Shown: one piece after another, positions 29,131-36,194 of the stretch | Layout: every line of letters starts with the position of its first letter | How positions within the stretch are numbered: position 1 is the first letter of the stretch | Assembly: GCA_964516975.1 (NCBI GenBank) | Contig: CAZFAS010000001.1 | Location: 18,823 to 82,822, forward strand | Direction: 5' to 3' | DNA length: 64,000 nucleotides | Origin: an uncultured Candidatus Saccharibacteria bacterium | GTDB taxonomy: Bacteria > Patescibacteriota > Minisyncoccia > Phycocordibacterales > Zambryskibacteraceae | Program-made: the position numbers and the translations under genes | Notes under the pieces: model-generated | Databases searched by the model: none | What the model was told of the DNA's origin: nothing | The model's input: only the letters and a program-made list of their open reading frames with translations

Positions 29131-29325
29131 TTATCGGAGCATCTCTCCGCATTCTTCGCATGATCCGTCACCTCTCACCAGTCTTGTTGGGTCGAGGTGA
29201 TGAGGGCAGTTCCTGCGTAGTTCTTCGATTCGTTGTCGTTCTTCTGCAGTCGAACACTTGCGTTCTTTGATGCTGGTCATGATTTGACCGATTTGAGCCG
29301 CGACGCTTATCTGCTGTCCGTTCAT
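29131..29325 (-). CDS. small zinc-ribbon-like protein (64 aa), paralog 1
   Basis: The C-terminus reads RRNCPHH...GSCEECGEML, a C-x-H-x13-C-xx-C pattern. It resembles the ORF at 29741..29938. Convergent with uvrA. Confidence 0.35.
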   Translation of the reverse strand: MNGQQISVAAQIGQIMTSIKERKCSTAEERQRIEELRRNCPHHLDPTRLVRGDGSCEECGEMLR

Positions 29326-29389
29326 GGAAGTCTCCTTGGTTGTACTATCTACGTTGAAGTATAGTACACAGATGCAAATTATGTATATG

Positions 29390-29417
29390 TTGACAAAGTG
29401 CGTATTTAGTGTATTAT
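29390..29417 (+). promoter_or_regulatory. sigma-70-like promoter (TTGACA, 16-nt spacer, TATTAT)
   Basis: -35 at 29390-29395 and -10 at 29412-29417. It drives the small ORF at 29458. Confidence 0.5.
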
Positions 29418-29457
29418 GCTATATGGAAGTATATTCAAAACCCCTAGGAAAGGAGAG

Positions 29458-29664
29458 ATGATGCGTATTTTTAGTCGCTTCATGTCGGCGATTGCGATGC
29501 TCGCACCGAGCATCCCAGTCATCCCTCCGGAGCTCATCTCGAAGGTGAGTTCCAAGCGGCGACATGAGAGCAACGGTATCATTCGTCGCATCAGCAAGAA
29601 GCAGATGCGATCGGATTTCCGGGCCAAGGCCCGGGGGGCGAAGAGTTTCAAGGGTATGCGGTAG
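29458..29664 (+). CDS. small basic protein (68 aa, hypothetical)
   Basis: Strong RBS AGGAAAGGAGAG, then ATGATG. Flanked by a consensus promoter and a clean intrinsic terminator. The track ORF at 29416 is a longer version. Confidence 0.4.
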   Translation: MMRIFSRFMSAIAMLAPSIPVIPPELISKVSSKRRHESNGIIRRISKKQMRSDFRAKARGAKSFKGMR

Positions 29665-29667
29665 TGA

Positions 29668-29701
29668 GGCGCCCATCCACTATGTGGATGGGCGCTTTTT
29701 C
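29668..29701 (+). terminator. rho-independent terminator (gcgcccatccac tat gtggatgggcgc plus TTTTT)
   Basis: 12-bp perfect stem. Confidence 0.7.
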
Positions 29702-29740
29702 ATATAGAAAAAAGCCGGAGAAAATCTCCGGCTGTCTTGA

Positions 29741-29938
29741 TTACTCAAGATATGCACCACATTCACCGCACTGTGTTCCAGCTGGGTCGATTGACTGCTT
29801 CTTATGTGGAAAGTGCGAGCATGATCTTTGCAGTGAGGTAAGCTCTGCTTGTTCATGCTGAGCAAGGTCTACAGATCTTGCTCTAAGAACAAGCTCCCAT
29901 GCACGTAAGCTATGTGCAGTTCTATCAATTTTGCTCAT
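29741..29938 (-). CDS. small zinc-ribbon-like protein (65 aa), paralog 2
   Basis: QRSCSHF...GTQCGECGAYLE, with the same C-x-H...C-xx-C spacing as paralog 1. Its start overlaps the stop of the upstream ORF (ATGA). Confidence 0.35.
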   Translation of the reverse strand: MSKIDRTAHSLRAWELVLRARSVDLAQHEQAELTSLQRSCSHFPHKKQSIDPAGTQCGECGAYLE

Positions 29939-30225
29939 GTTTCCTCCGGATCGCTTCTGAGAAAGGACTTACCAGTCTTCAGGTCAAATTCACCGAAGCT
30001 TGAAAGAAATTCCTCCGCTGCCTCAATTAGAGTGTTGAGTTGCGATGGAATTACGCTGTAGCCGTTTTCGATTAGTGTAGGATCTCCTATAGGGCAATTA
30101 AGTTGATTTACTAACTGCCGAATGCATATGGCTGCTGACAGGGTGATCTCAGTAAGGGTGTTTTCACCTGCAACAAGGTCAATATATACGGCGTCTTGAT
30201 CTCTAAGTTTCCTTAGATGAACCAA
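29935..30225 (-). CDS. hypothetical 96-aa protein (TTG start only), co-oriented with zinc-ribbon paralog 2
   Basis: No internal Met. The only start is the TTG at 30225. The palindrome tacctgcgtatggcaggta sits immediately upstream. Confidence 0.3.
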   Translation of the reverse strand: MVHLRKLRDQDAVYIDLVAGENTLTEITLSAAICIRQLVNQLNCPIGDPTLIENGYSVIPSQLNTLIEAAEEFLSSFGEFDLKTGKSFLRSDPEET

Positions 30226-30231
30226 TAAATA

Positions 30232-30250
30232 CCTGCGTATGGCAGGTAGA
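30232..30250. promoter_or_regulatory. perfect palindrome (acctgc-gtatg-gcaggt) in the divergent promoter region between the small-protein operon and uvrC; candidate operator
   Basis: 7-bp arms with a 5-nt spacer. Confidence 0.3.
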
Positions 30251-30364
30251 ATCCATTGATGACCTGCTTTCCCAGCAGTCTAGTAATGTCTTCTGATTCG
30301 TTATGGCCAGATGCTCTGAGTATTTTCCCAAAGTTTACACCACCCATACTGTTGTATCTCCTTA

Positions 30365-31693
30365 TTGTGGAAGGAACTTGCGAAAACCCAAATAATTAGT
30401 ATCATAGATGTCGTGACTAGTCAAGATTTCCAAAAAACAGAGCTTCCGGAAACTCCCGGTGTATATTTCTTTCGGAAGGGGAAGGAAATTCTTTATGTAG
30501 GAAAAGCAACTTCTCTCAAAGATAGGGTTCGAAGTTATTTTTCTCGAGACCTTATCAACACTCGGGGTCCTTTTATTGTCAGTATGGTTGAAGAAGCAGA
30601 AAGTATAACGTATGAGCAATCAGACTCTGTGCTTGAAGCACTGATCATGGAAGCTCAGTTCATAAAGAAACTTCAACCAAAATATAATTCACGCGAAAAA
30701 GACGATAAAAGTTATAATTATGTTGTCATTACTGATGAAAAATGGCCACGAGTGCTCGCAGTACGCGGGAGGAATGCACTTCAGAAGTCACTTTCATATA
30801 CAGTGAAAGAAAGCTTCGGCCCATTTCCACAAGGTACGCAACTCAAACTTGCACTTAAAATAATAAGGAGGATTTTTCCATATCGAGATGAAAAATGTAC
30901 ACCTCTTGAGATTCAGAAAGAGGCAAAATCATTTCGATTACCGAAGGCATGCTTTAATCGTCAGATTGGGTTATGCCCTGGTGTGTGCACAGGAGATATA
31001 ACTGCTACAGATTACAAAAAAACAATTCGACATATTACGCTTTTTTTTGAAGGCAAGAAAACAAAGCTCATAACAGAACTTGAAAAAGAAATGAAACTTG
31101 CCGCAAAGCAAAAGAAGTTCGAATTAGCCCAAGATATAAAAGGTAAGATCTTTGCACTTGGACATATTCAAGATGTATCCCTCATTAAAGAAGAGGTAGC
31201 ACAAAGAGAGCTTATTAAACACGATAGTGTGTATCGCATAGAAGCGTATGATATAGCGCATTTATCTGGAAGAAATACAGTGGGTGTGATGGTTGTAATG
31301 CAAAATGGGGAGTTTGAAAAAAATGAATATAGAAAATTTAAAATTCGGGGTAAAGGCGGAAAAGTAACGGTTGATGATACAAAAAATCTAAGAGAAGTGC
31401 TTGAAAGAAGACTTGGTCATGCTGAATGGAAATTGCCAAATCTTATCGTAATAGATGGTGGTGTCGCTCAGTATAATCTCGCGCACGAGGTGCTAAAGGA
31501 AAGAGGTTTTAATATTGAAATTGTGAGCGTTGTAAAAGATGATAAACATAAAGCAAGAGAAATACTTGGTAAAAAAGGGAAGATCCATGCTCATGAAAGA
31601 GAAATATTGCAAATCAATCTAGAAGCACATCGATTTGCTATTGCGTACCATAAAAATCTTAGAAAATTTCCTTTTCGGATACCAAAAAAATAG
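30365..31693 (+). CDS. uvrC: excinuclease ABC subunit C, short form lacking the C-terminal (HhH)2 domain
   Basis: GIY-YIG (PGVYFFRKGKEILYVGKATSLKDRV...), the UvrB-interacting UVR segment (ELAQDIKGKIFAL), and the RNase-H-like endonuclease domain (LIVIDGGVAQYNLAHEVL). The protein ends about 60 aa after that domain. Non-ATG start (TTG or an in-frame GTG). Confidence 0.85.
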   Translation: MWKELAKTQIISIIDVVTSQDFQKTELPETPGVYFFRKGKEILYVGKATSLKDRVRSYFSRDLINTRGPFIVSMVEEAESITYEQSDSVLEALIMEAQFIKKLQPKYNSREKDDKSYNYVVITDEKWPRVLAVRGRNALQKSLSYTVKESFGPFPQGTQLKLALKIIRRIFPYRDEKCTPLEIQKEAKSFRLPKACFNRQIGLCPGVCTGDITATDYKKTIRHITLFFEGKKTKLITELEKEMKLAAKQKKFELAQDIKGKIFALGHIQDVSLIKEEVAQRELIKHDSVYRIEAYDIAHLSGRNTVGVMVVMQNGEFEKNEYRKFKIRGKGGKVTVDDTKNLREVLERRLGHAEWKLPNLIVIDGGVAQYNLAHEVLKERGFNIEIVSVVKDDKHKAREILGKKGKIHAHEREILQINLEAHRFAIAYHKNLRKFPFRIPKK

Positions 31694-31727
31694 TAGCGAA
31701 CCACATATTCCCTGTGATGTGGTCTGC

Positions 31728-31766
31728 AGAGCCGTTCATCGTTTCGATGAACGGCTCTTTCCATTT
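31728..31766 (+). terminator. rho-independent terminator (agagccgttcatcg/cgatgaacggctct)
   Basis: 14-bp stem followed by ttccattt. Confidence 0.6.
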
Positions 31767-31867
31767 ATATAAAAATTAAAATTTGCTATATTTTTAGAAA
31801 TGTTGTGTAACGTGATTGTGGATAACTTTTTGTTGACAGGAAATATGTATATGCTACATTAGTCTCT

Positions 31868-32422
31868 ACCTCAAGAGCACCGCAAGGTACTCGAAAGGTA
31901 ACCGGTAGTACCTTCAAATTCCCTAATGCTTCAAGCGTTCCCAGACTAGTCCCCTCAAAAGGACAATCCGGAATTGCATCCGAAGCCTAGGGTTGGCTCA
32001 CAGTGAGCCAGTTAGTAGGGGTGAAAATCCTCTACAAACAAAATGGTTCGTAAAACCAAATTATGTTGCGAGTCGAAAGACAACCAACACAAAATGGCGA
32101 TACTACCTCTGGTAGTATCACGATAGTTCGTACCGTGATGGCGACCCAAAAAGTCGTCGAATGGGATCAAAATATCCTGACACAGGCCAAGCGACCTCAA
32201 AAATCGCAAAGCACTGATCAAGACCAAAGATTACCCAGCCATGGTATGGGTCATGTACGCGCTGCCTCACTCGAAAGAGAACGGCAAGCCGGCACGCTCC
32301 CTTGGAGCGAAGTGCACACGCACTGACCACGCAGTGGGGCTCCACTGCAGTGACTAGCTTTTCCAAGGAAAAGCACCATATCTGTAACGGCCTGTCATCC
32401 TTGCGATGGCAGGCCGTTTTCT
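31868..32422 (+). ncRNA. rnpB: structured ncRNA, candidate RNase P RNA (promoter at 31833-31861, intrinsic terminator at 32387-32422)
   Basis: About 550 nt with no credible ORF; only short overlapping ORFs appear on both strands. GC-rich relative to flanks. Contains P4-like AAAGGACAAUCCGG (31957-31971), compared with bacterial AGGAAAGUCCGG. Contains UAGGGGUGAAAAUCC (32026-32040), compared with AGGGUGAAA. Contains AGAGAACGGCAAGCCGGC (32276-32293), compared with ACAGAANCCGGCUUA. Upstream TTGACA, 16-nt spacer, TACATT. Confidence 0.4.
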
Positions 32423-32453
32423 CATTGAGAATTGAGTGTATAATAAAGTCACT

Positions 32454-33437
32454 ATGTCACTTGGAATTTCACATCCAGGAAAAATTCGAGTTGGAGTTCT
32501 CCGTGGTGGGAGATCTCATGAATACAGCGTCTCTATGCAGACGGGCTTACATGTCTTGAAAAACTTACCTGAAAAGTATGTCCCGATAGATATTTATATT
32601 TCAAAGGAAGGTGTATGGCATGTCGGTGGTCTTGAAAGAAATCCAACAAAAGCACTTGAACAGGTTGATGTGGTCTGGAATGCATTGCATGGTAAATATG
32701 GCGAGGACGGCAAGGTGCAAACTATTTTAGACACTCTTAAGAAACCATATACAGGCTCTCGAGCGCTCGCGAGCAGTATGGGAATGCATAAAGGCTTTTC
32801 AAAGGCCGCGTTTTCAATGTTTGGATTACAAACACCACATCATATAATCCTGAGTCCGAAGGATAATGTAAGGAAGAATTTGATTGAAATATTCCAATCA
32901 TTTCCACAGCCGTCAATTGTTAAACCAGTCGATGGGGGATCATCAATCGCTGTTACGGTGACGTATGATTTTTCTTCATTTGAAAGAGCAGTTGAATTAG
33001 CTTTTCGGCATTCTGGTTCGGTAGTTGTTGAGGAGTACATAAAAGGACGTGAGGCAACATGTGGTGTTATAGAAGGGACTGATAATAAGTCGATATTTGC
33101 ACTTATACCAGTTGAATTAGTTCCAGACGAGTCGAAACTTTTTTTTGATTATCAAGCAAAGCACGGCAATGGTGGAAGTATGGTATGCCCGAGTACTTTT
33201 TCAGAAGATATCAAACAAGAAATTCAAAATTTAGCAATTGAGGCCCATAGAGCACTTGGATTGCGTCACTATTCAAGATCAGATTTTATCGTGTCACCAC
33301 AACGTGGAATCTTTTTACTTGAAGCGAATTCGTTACCAGGATTGGCGCAAGGTTCTTTGTTTCCAGTTTCTCTTGAGGCAAGCGGACTTACTCTTTCAGA
33401 TTTTCTTGATCATGTCTTAACATTAACTATAAAATAA
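32454..33437 (+). CDS. ddl: D-alanine--D-alanine ligase (ATP-grasp)
   Basis: N-terminal VGVLRGGRSHEYSVSM, central EEYIKGREATCGVI, C-terminal NSLPGL. A TATAAT at 32439-32444 lies inside the track's longer ORF, so the ATG at 32454 was chosen. Confidence 0.85.
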   Translation: MSLGISHPGKIRVGVLRGGRSHEYSVSMQTGLHVLKNLPEKYVPIDIYISKEGVWHVGGLERNPTKALEQVDVVWNALHGKYGEDGKVQTILDTLKKPYTGSRALASSMGMHKGFSKAAFSMFGLQTPHHIILSPKDNVRKNLIEIFQSFPQPSIVKPVDGGSSIAVTVTYDFSSFERAVELAFRHSGSVVVEEYIKGREATCGVIEGTDNKSIFALIPVELVPDESKLFFDYQAKHGNGGSMVCPSTFSEDIKQEIQNLAIEAHRALGLRHYSRSDFIVSPQRGIFLLEANSLPGLAQGSLFPVSLEASGLTLSDFLDHVLTLTIK

Positions 33438-33484
33438 GGCTAATTAGAGCCATATTGTGATTATTGAAAGAAGTGTTATGATTA

Positions 33485-34486
33485 GTGTTACGTATGAAAT
33501 TTCCAGTAATTATTCGACAGAGTCCTCTTGTACTTATACAAAGAATAATTGGAGTTGATTTTGTATTCTCTTTCTTTCTATTTTTTGTTTCTTTTTTGAC
33601 AAACTATCAGGCTTTGTATCAGGAGACACTCGGACATCTTTTTAAGCGATATGATATTTTCCTTTTCTTGTTCGCGTCTGTAAGTCAGCTCGCTATCACG
33701 CTCATTGTTTTCTTTTTTTGGCAAAATGAAGAATATAGAATTAAGGAAAAAGAATTACTTTTTCGTGGCGGATTTTTTTCAAGCAAAGAGCATTCAATAC
33801 TATTAAAGAATGTTACTGCAGTTGAATACAAGAAAAGCCTACTTGAGATGTTGCTTTCATATGGAACTATAGTCGTGCACTATGTTGGGTCTGCAAAGCC
33901 TTTTTATATTAGAAGTGTAGAAACTGCCGAAATTTACGCAAATATTATTAAAGATGCAGTAGATCGGTCACTTTCACGAAAACCCGAAGAAAGTAAAAAG
34001 ATGCCAATATTGGATTTAGTTCTTGAAGGGGAGAGTTCAAAACTAGAGCTCAAACAGACCTTTCGTTGGGATGTAAAGCTTAAAGATACCAATAAGGCAC
34101 TTGAAAAAGCTGTTATAAAAACGGTCGCCGCTTTTCTCAATTCTGATGGAGGAAACTTAATTATTGGTGTCGATGATAGTGGAAGTATTTACGGTCTTGA
34201 GGATGACTATAATTCACTTGTGAGAAAAGATAGGGATGGATTTGAAAATCATTTCAATCAAGTGATTAAAAATATGATAGGGGCAGAATTCCGAAGGTAC
34301 ATAGATTTGAGTTTTGAGAAAATTGAGGATAAGGATGTCTGTCTTGTGAGTGTTTCGCCATCTCCTAAGCCTGTATATGTAACTGTAAATGGTGATGAAG
34401 AATTCTTTATTCGTACGGGTAATACTACAAGTCCTCTAAAAGTAAGTGAAGTGAATTCTTATATTGAAACTCGTTGGCAAAAATAG
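33485..34486 (+). CDS. membrane-anchored protein: two TM helices, a bacterial PH (bPH_2/YdbT-like) domain and a C-terminal AlbA_2/Schlafen-type DNA-binding domain
   Basis: Two N-terminal hydrophobic helices, then FRGGFFSSKEHSILLKNVTAVEYKKSLLEMLLSYGTIVVHYVG (bPH_2-like). The C-terminus reads LEGESSKLELKQTF...AVIKTVAAFLNSDGGNLIIGVDDSGSIYGLE (AlbA_2 signature). Confidence 0.55.
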   Translation: MLRMKFPVIIRQSPLVLIQRIIGVDFVFSFFLFFVSFLTNYQALYQETLGHLFKRYDIFLFLFASVSQLAITLIVFFFWQNEEYRIKEKELLFRGGFFSSKEHSILLKNVTAVEYKKSLLEMLLSYGTIVVHYVGSAKPFYIRSVETAEIYANIIKDAVDRSLSRKPEESKKMPILDLVLEGESSKLELKQTFRWDVKLKDTNKALEKAVIKTVAAFLNSDGGNLIIGVDDSGSIYGLEDDYNSLVRKDRDGFENHFNQVIKNMIGAEFRRYIDLSFEKIEDKDVCLVSVSPSPKPVYVTVNGDEEFFIRTGNTTSPLKVSEVNSYIETRWQK

Positions 34487-34517
34487 AAACTCCGCACCTT
34501 GTGGTGCGGAGTTTTCC
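34486..34517 (+). terminator. rho-independent terminator (ctccgcacc/ggtgcggag)
   Basis: 9-bp stem with a ttgt loop and TTTTCC tail. Confidence 0.6.
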
Positions 34518-34796
34518 TAACGGAACTGCTCATAGTCCGGATGACCAGAGCAATGTCCAACATACCGAATCATGGGGATTATACCGAACTTTTTTCTGAG
34601 CATCTCTGTACCTTTGAGGCAAAGAAACGGTCCTCCATTTTCCGATATGAATTCTGGGTCATAGCTGACATGAAGAAAGGGACATTGTACTTCCTTCCCA
34701 TGCATACACGTGTGGCCTTCATGATCTCTGGGAAACATGGTTGTCCTTTCAAGGGTTCTCATACAAGAATAGTGTTTTCACTATTTTAGTCAAATT

Positions 34797-34825
34797 AAAA
34801 CCCCCGCCTAAGGGCGGGGGGTTTT
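34797..34825. terminator. bidirectional terminator (aaaacccccgcc taa gggcggggggtttt)
   Basis: Perfect stem with A-run and T-run flanks. Located 3' of the minus-strand SWIB gene. Confidence 0.65.
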
Positions 34826-34832
34826 AATAGCT

Positions 34833-35087
34833 TTATGAGAGATGCTTTGAAACAAGTTTTGTCATTTCAAACATATTTACCGTAGCCTTTCCTCCAAACA
34901 CCTTCTTGAGAGTCTCATCAGCATTGATGTTTCTCTTATTCTTAGCGTCTTGAAGATTGTTACTCTTAATATATACCCACAATTTCTTCACAACTTCTGA
35001 TCGAGGCATAGGACCTGCTCCCACAACTGCTGCGAGATCAGAGCTTATGTTCATCGGCTTCATAAATGCTGAATTAGGTTTTGCCAT
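34833..35087 (-). CDS. SWIB/MDM2-domain protein
   Basis: PSDLAAVVGAGPMPRSEVVKKLWVYIKSNNLQD is a canonical SWIB-domain core. 84 aa. Confidence 0.7.
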   Translation of the reverse strand: MAKPNSAFMKPMNISSDLAAVVGAGPMPRSEVVKKLWVYIKSNNLQDAKNKRNINADETLKKVFGGKATVNMFEMTKLVSKHLS

Positions 35088-35239
35088 TGTTTTCTTTTAT
35101 GCCACACCATGCGGTATAGCGGATTAATACTAAACTGACCTATATATACTGGCCTATAAGGGGAATTCTTGCAAGTACCCCTATGGGGAGGGGGAAAGTC
35201 TTTGTAATCGCGGCTTGGTATCGTGAATGACTATTCACG

Positions 35240-35560
35240 ATATACCTGCGCGCTTCACACAAGCACAAAATCTCTTGCAGAGCAGGTGTTTGTGGTCACG
35301 AATAACCCGTAGCTCGACAGCTACGGGTTTTCTCGACCCCGCCTCGTCTGTTTTGTGTACTCACAAAACATGACTGCGGCTTCCACAAACGCACAAAATC
35401 CCGCGCAGGGGTATGTCTTTGTGGTCAGGAATAATTTTGATTTCGTCAAATCAAAATTTTCACGACCCTGACTCGGCTGTCCCGCTTACTAGCGGGACAT
35501 GCCTCCGTCTTCCACAGCATCAAAAAAACCTGCCGCAGGGCAGGTGTTTTTTGTATGCTG
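35240..35560. repeat. about 2.7 degenerate tandem copies of a ~126-129-bp hairpin-rich unit, ending at the 3' end of tRNA-Ala
   Basis: Unit cores align at 35251-35305, 35377-35434 and 35506-35563: c(g/t)(c/g)cttc(c)acaaa(c/g)(g)cacaaaat...gcag(a/g)gcaggtgt.tttgtgg. Each unit contains inverted repeats, for example ccacaaa...tttgtgg, cccgtagc...gctacggg and aattttgattt cgtc aaatcaaaatt. Confidence 0.6.
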
Positions 35561-35633
35561 TGGACCCTACCGGATTCGAACCGGTGACCTCCTCATTGCA
35601 AATGAGGCGCTCTACCAACTAAGCTAAGGGCCC
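35561..35633 (-). tRNA. tRNA-Ala (anticodon UGC), 73 nt, no encoded CCA
   Basis: The reverse complement folds as a cloverleaf: acceptor GGGCCCU/AGGGUCC with G3:U70 (the Ala identity pair), D-arm GCUU-AGUUGGUA-GAGC, anticodon stem CCUCA, loop UUUGCAA, stem UGAGG, T-arm ACCGG-UUCGAAU-CCGGU, discriminator A. Confidence 0.85.
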
Positions 35634-35735
35634 AAAAAAATGCAGAAAACTTGAACTAAACAAGTATAGTCAACAAGGGCTCAAAAATCAAGAAATAGGC
35701 TCTGAGATACCCACAATTCTACTACAGGAAAAGCT

Positions 35736-36185
35736 TTGGTGGTGTATACTATACCCATGTCTACAGATTATACTCACGCGCGTTCAGCACCTGTTATTGT
35801 CATTTTTGTCAAATACAGGGAAAAATTTTTATTAGTAAAGAGAAGTCCAAAGATGTTGACCTATCAGGGCTTATGGTCATGTCTTGCAGGTTTTGTTGAT
35901 GATGAGAAGACGATGGAAGAAAAAGTTATTTTTGAAATTGAGGAGGAACTCGGTCTTAAGGCATCAGATGTTAAGGAAATTAAGAAGGGTGATACTTATC
36001 TCTTTGTTGACAATGATTTGAATCGTGAATGGATAAGACATATATATTTAGTAGAAATTATGAACCCAAATGTAAAGCTTTCGTGGGAGCATACTGAGCT
36101 TGTGTGGGTAACTCCGGAAGAAGCAAAAACCTACGAATCAACTCCTGGTTTTAAAGAGGATTTAGATAAGATATTAAAGATGTAG
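35736..36185 (+). CDS. NUDIX hydrolase
   Basis: Nudix box GFVDDEKTMEEKVIFEIEEELGL. Confidence 0.75.
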   Translation: MVVYTIPMSTDYTHARSAPVIVIFVKYREKFLLVKRSPKMLTYQGLWSCLAGFVDDEKTMEEKVIFEIEEELGLKASDVKEIKKGDTYLFVDNDLNREWIRHIYLVEIMNPNVKLSWEHTELVWVTPEEAKTYESTPGFKEDLDKILKM

Positions 36186-36194
36186 TTTATTTGC

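Noticed and set aside
29419-29676. 85-aa minus-strand ORF antisense to the small basic ORF at 29458-29664.
   Set aside because: The plus-strand ORF has a consensus promoter, strong SD and intrinsic terminator, while the antisense ORF has none.
32012-32559. Overlapping ORFs on both strands (32012-32227 -, 32063-32326 +, 32118-32366 -, 32302-32559 +) between uvrC and ddl.
   Set aside because: They mutually overlap and have no RBS or domain signal. They lie in a GC-rich, promoter- and terminator-bounded region that is better explained as a structured RNA (candidate RNase P RNA).
34499-34789. ORFs on both strands (34499-34789 +, 34517-34762 -) squeezed between two strong bidirectional terminators.
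   Set aside because: Both start or end inside terminator hairpins and have no RBS. The region is GC-richer and more likely a non-coding spacer or small RNA. The His/Cys pattern in the minus ORF is weak.
35240-35560. Possible CRISPR array, because of the tandem repeats.
   Set aside because: Units are about 128 bp, degenerate (roughly 70-80% identity) and internally palindromic. There is no alternation of short identical repeats with unique spacers, and no cas genes are present.
35413-35622. 69-aa plus-strand ORF spanning the tandem hairpin repeats and the antisense of tRNA-Ala.
   Set aside because: It overlaps a confidently folded tRNA on the opposite strand and degenerate repeats. It has no coding signal.
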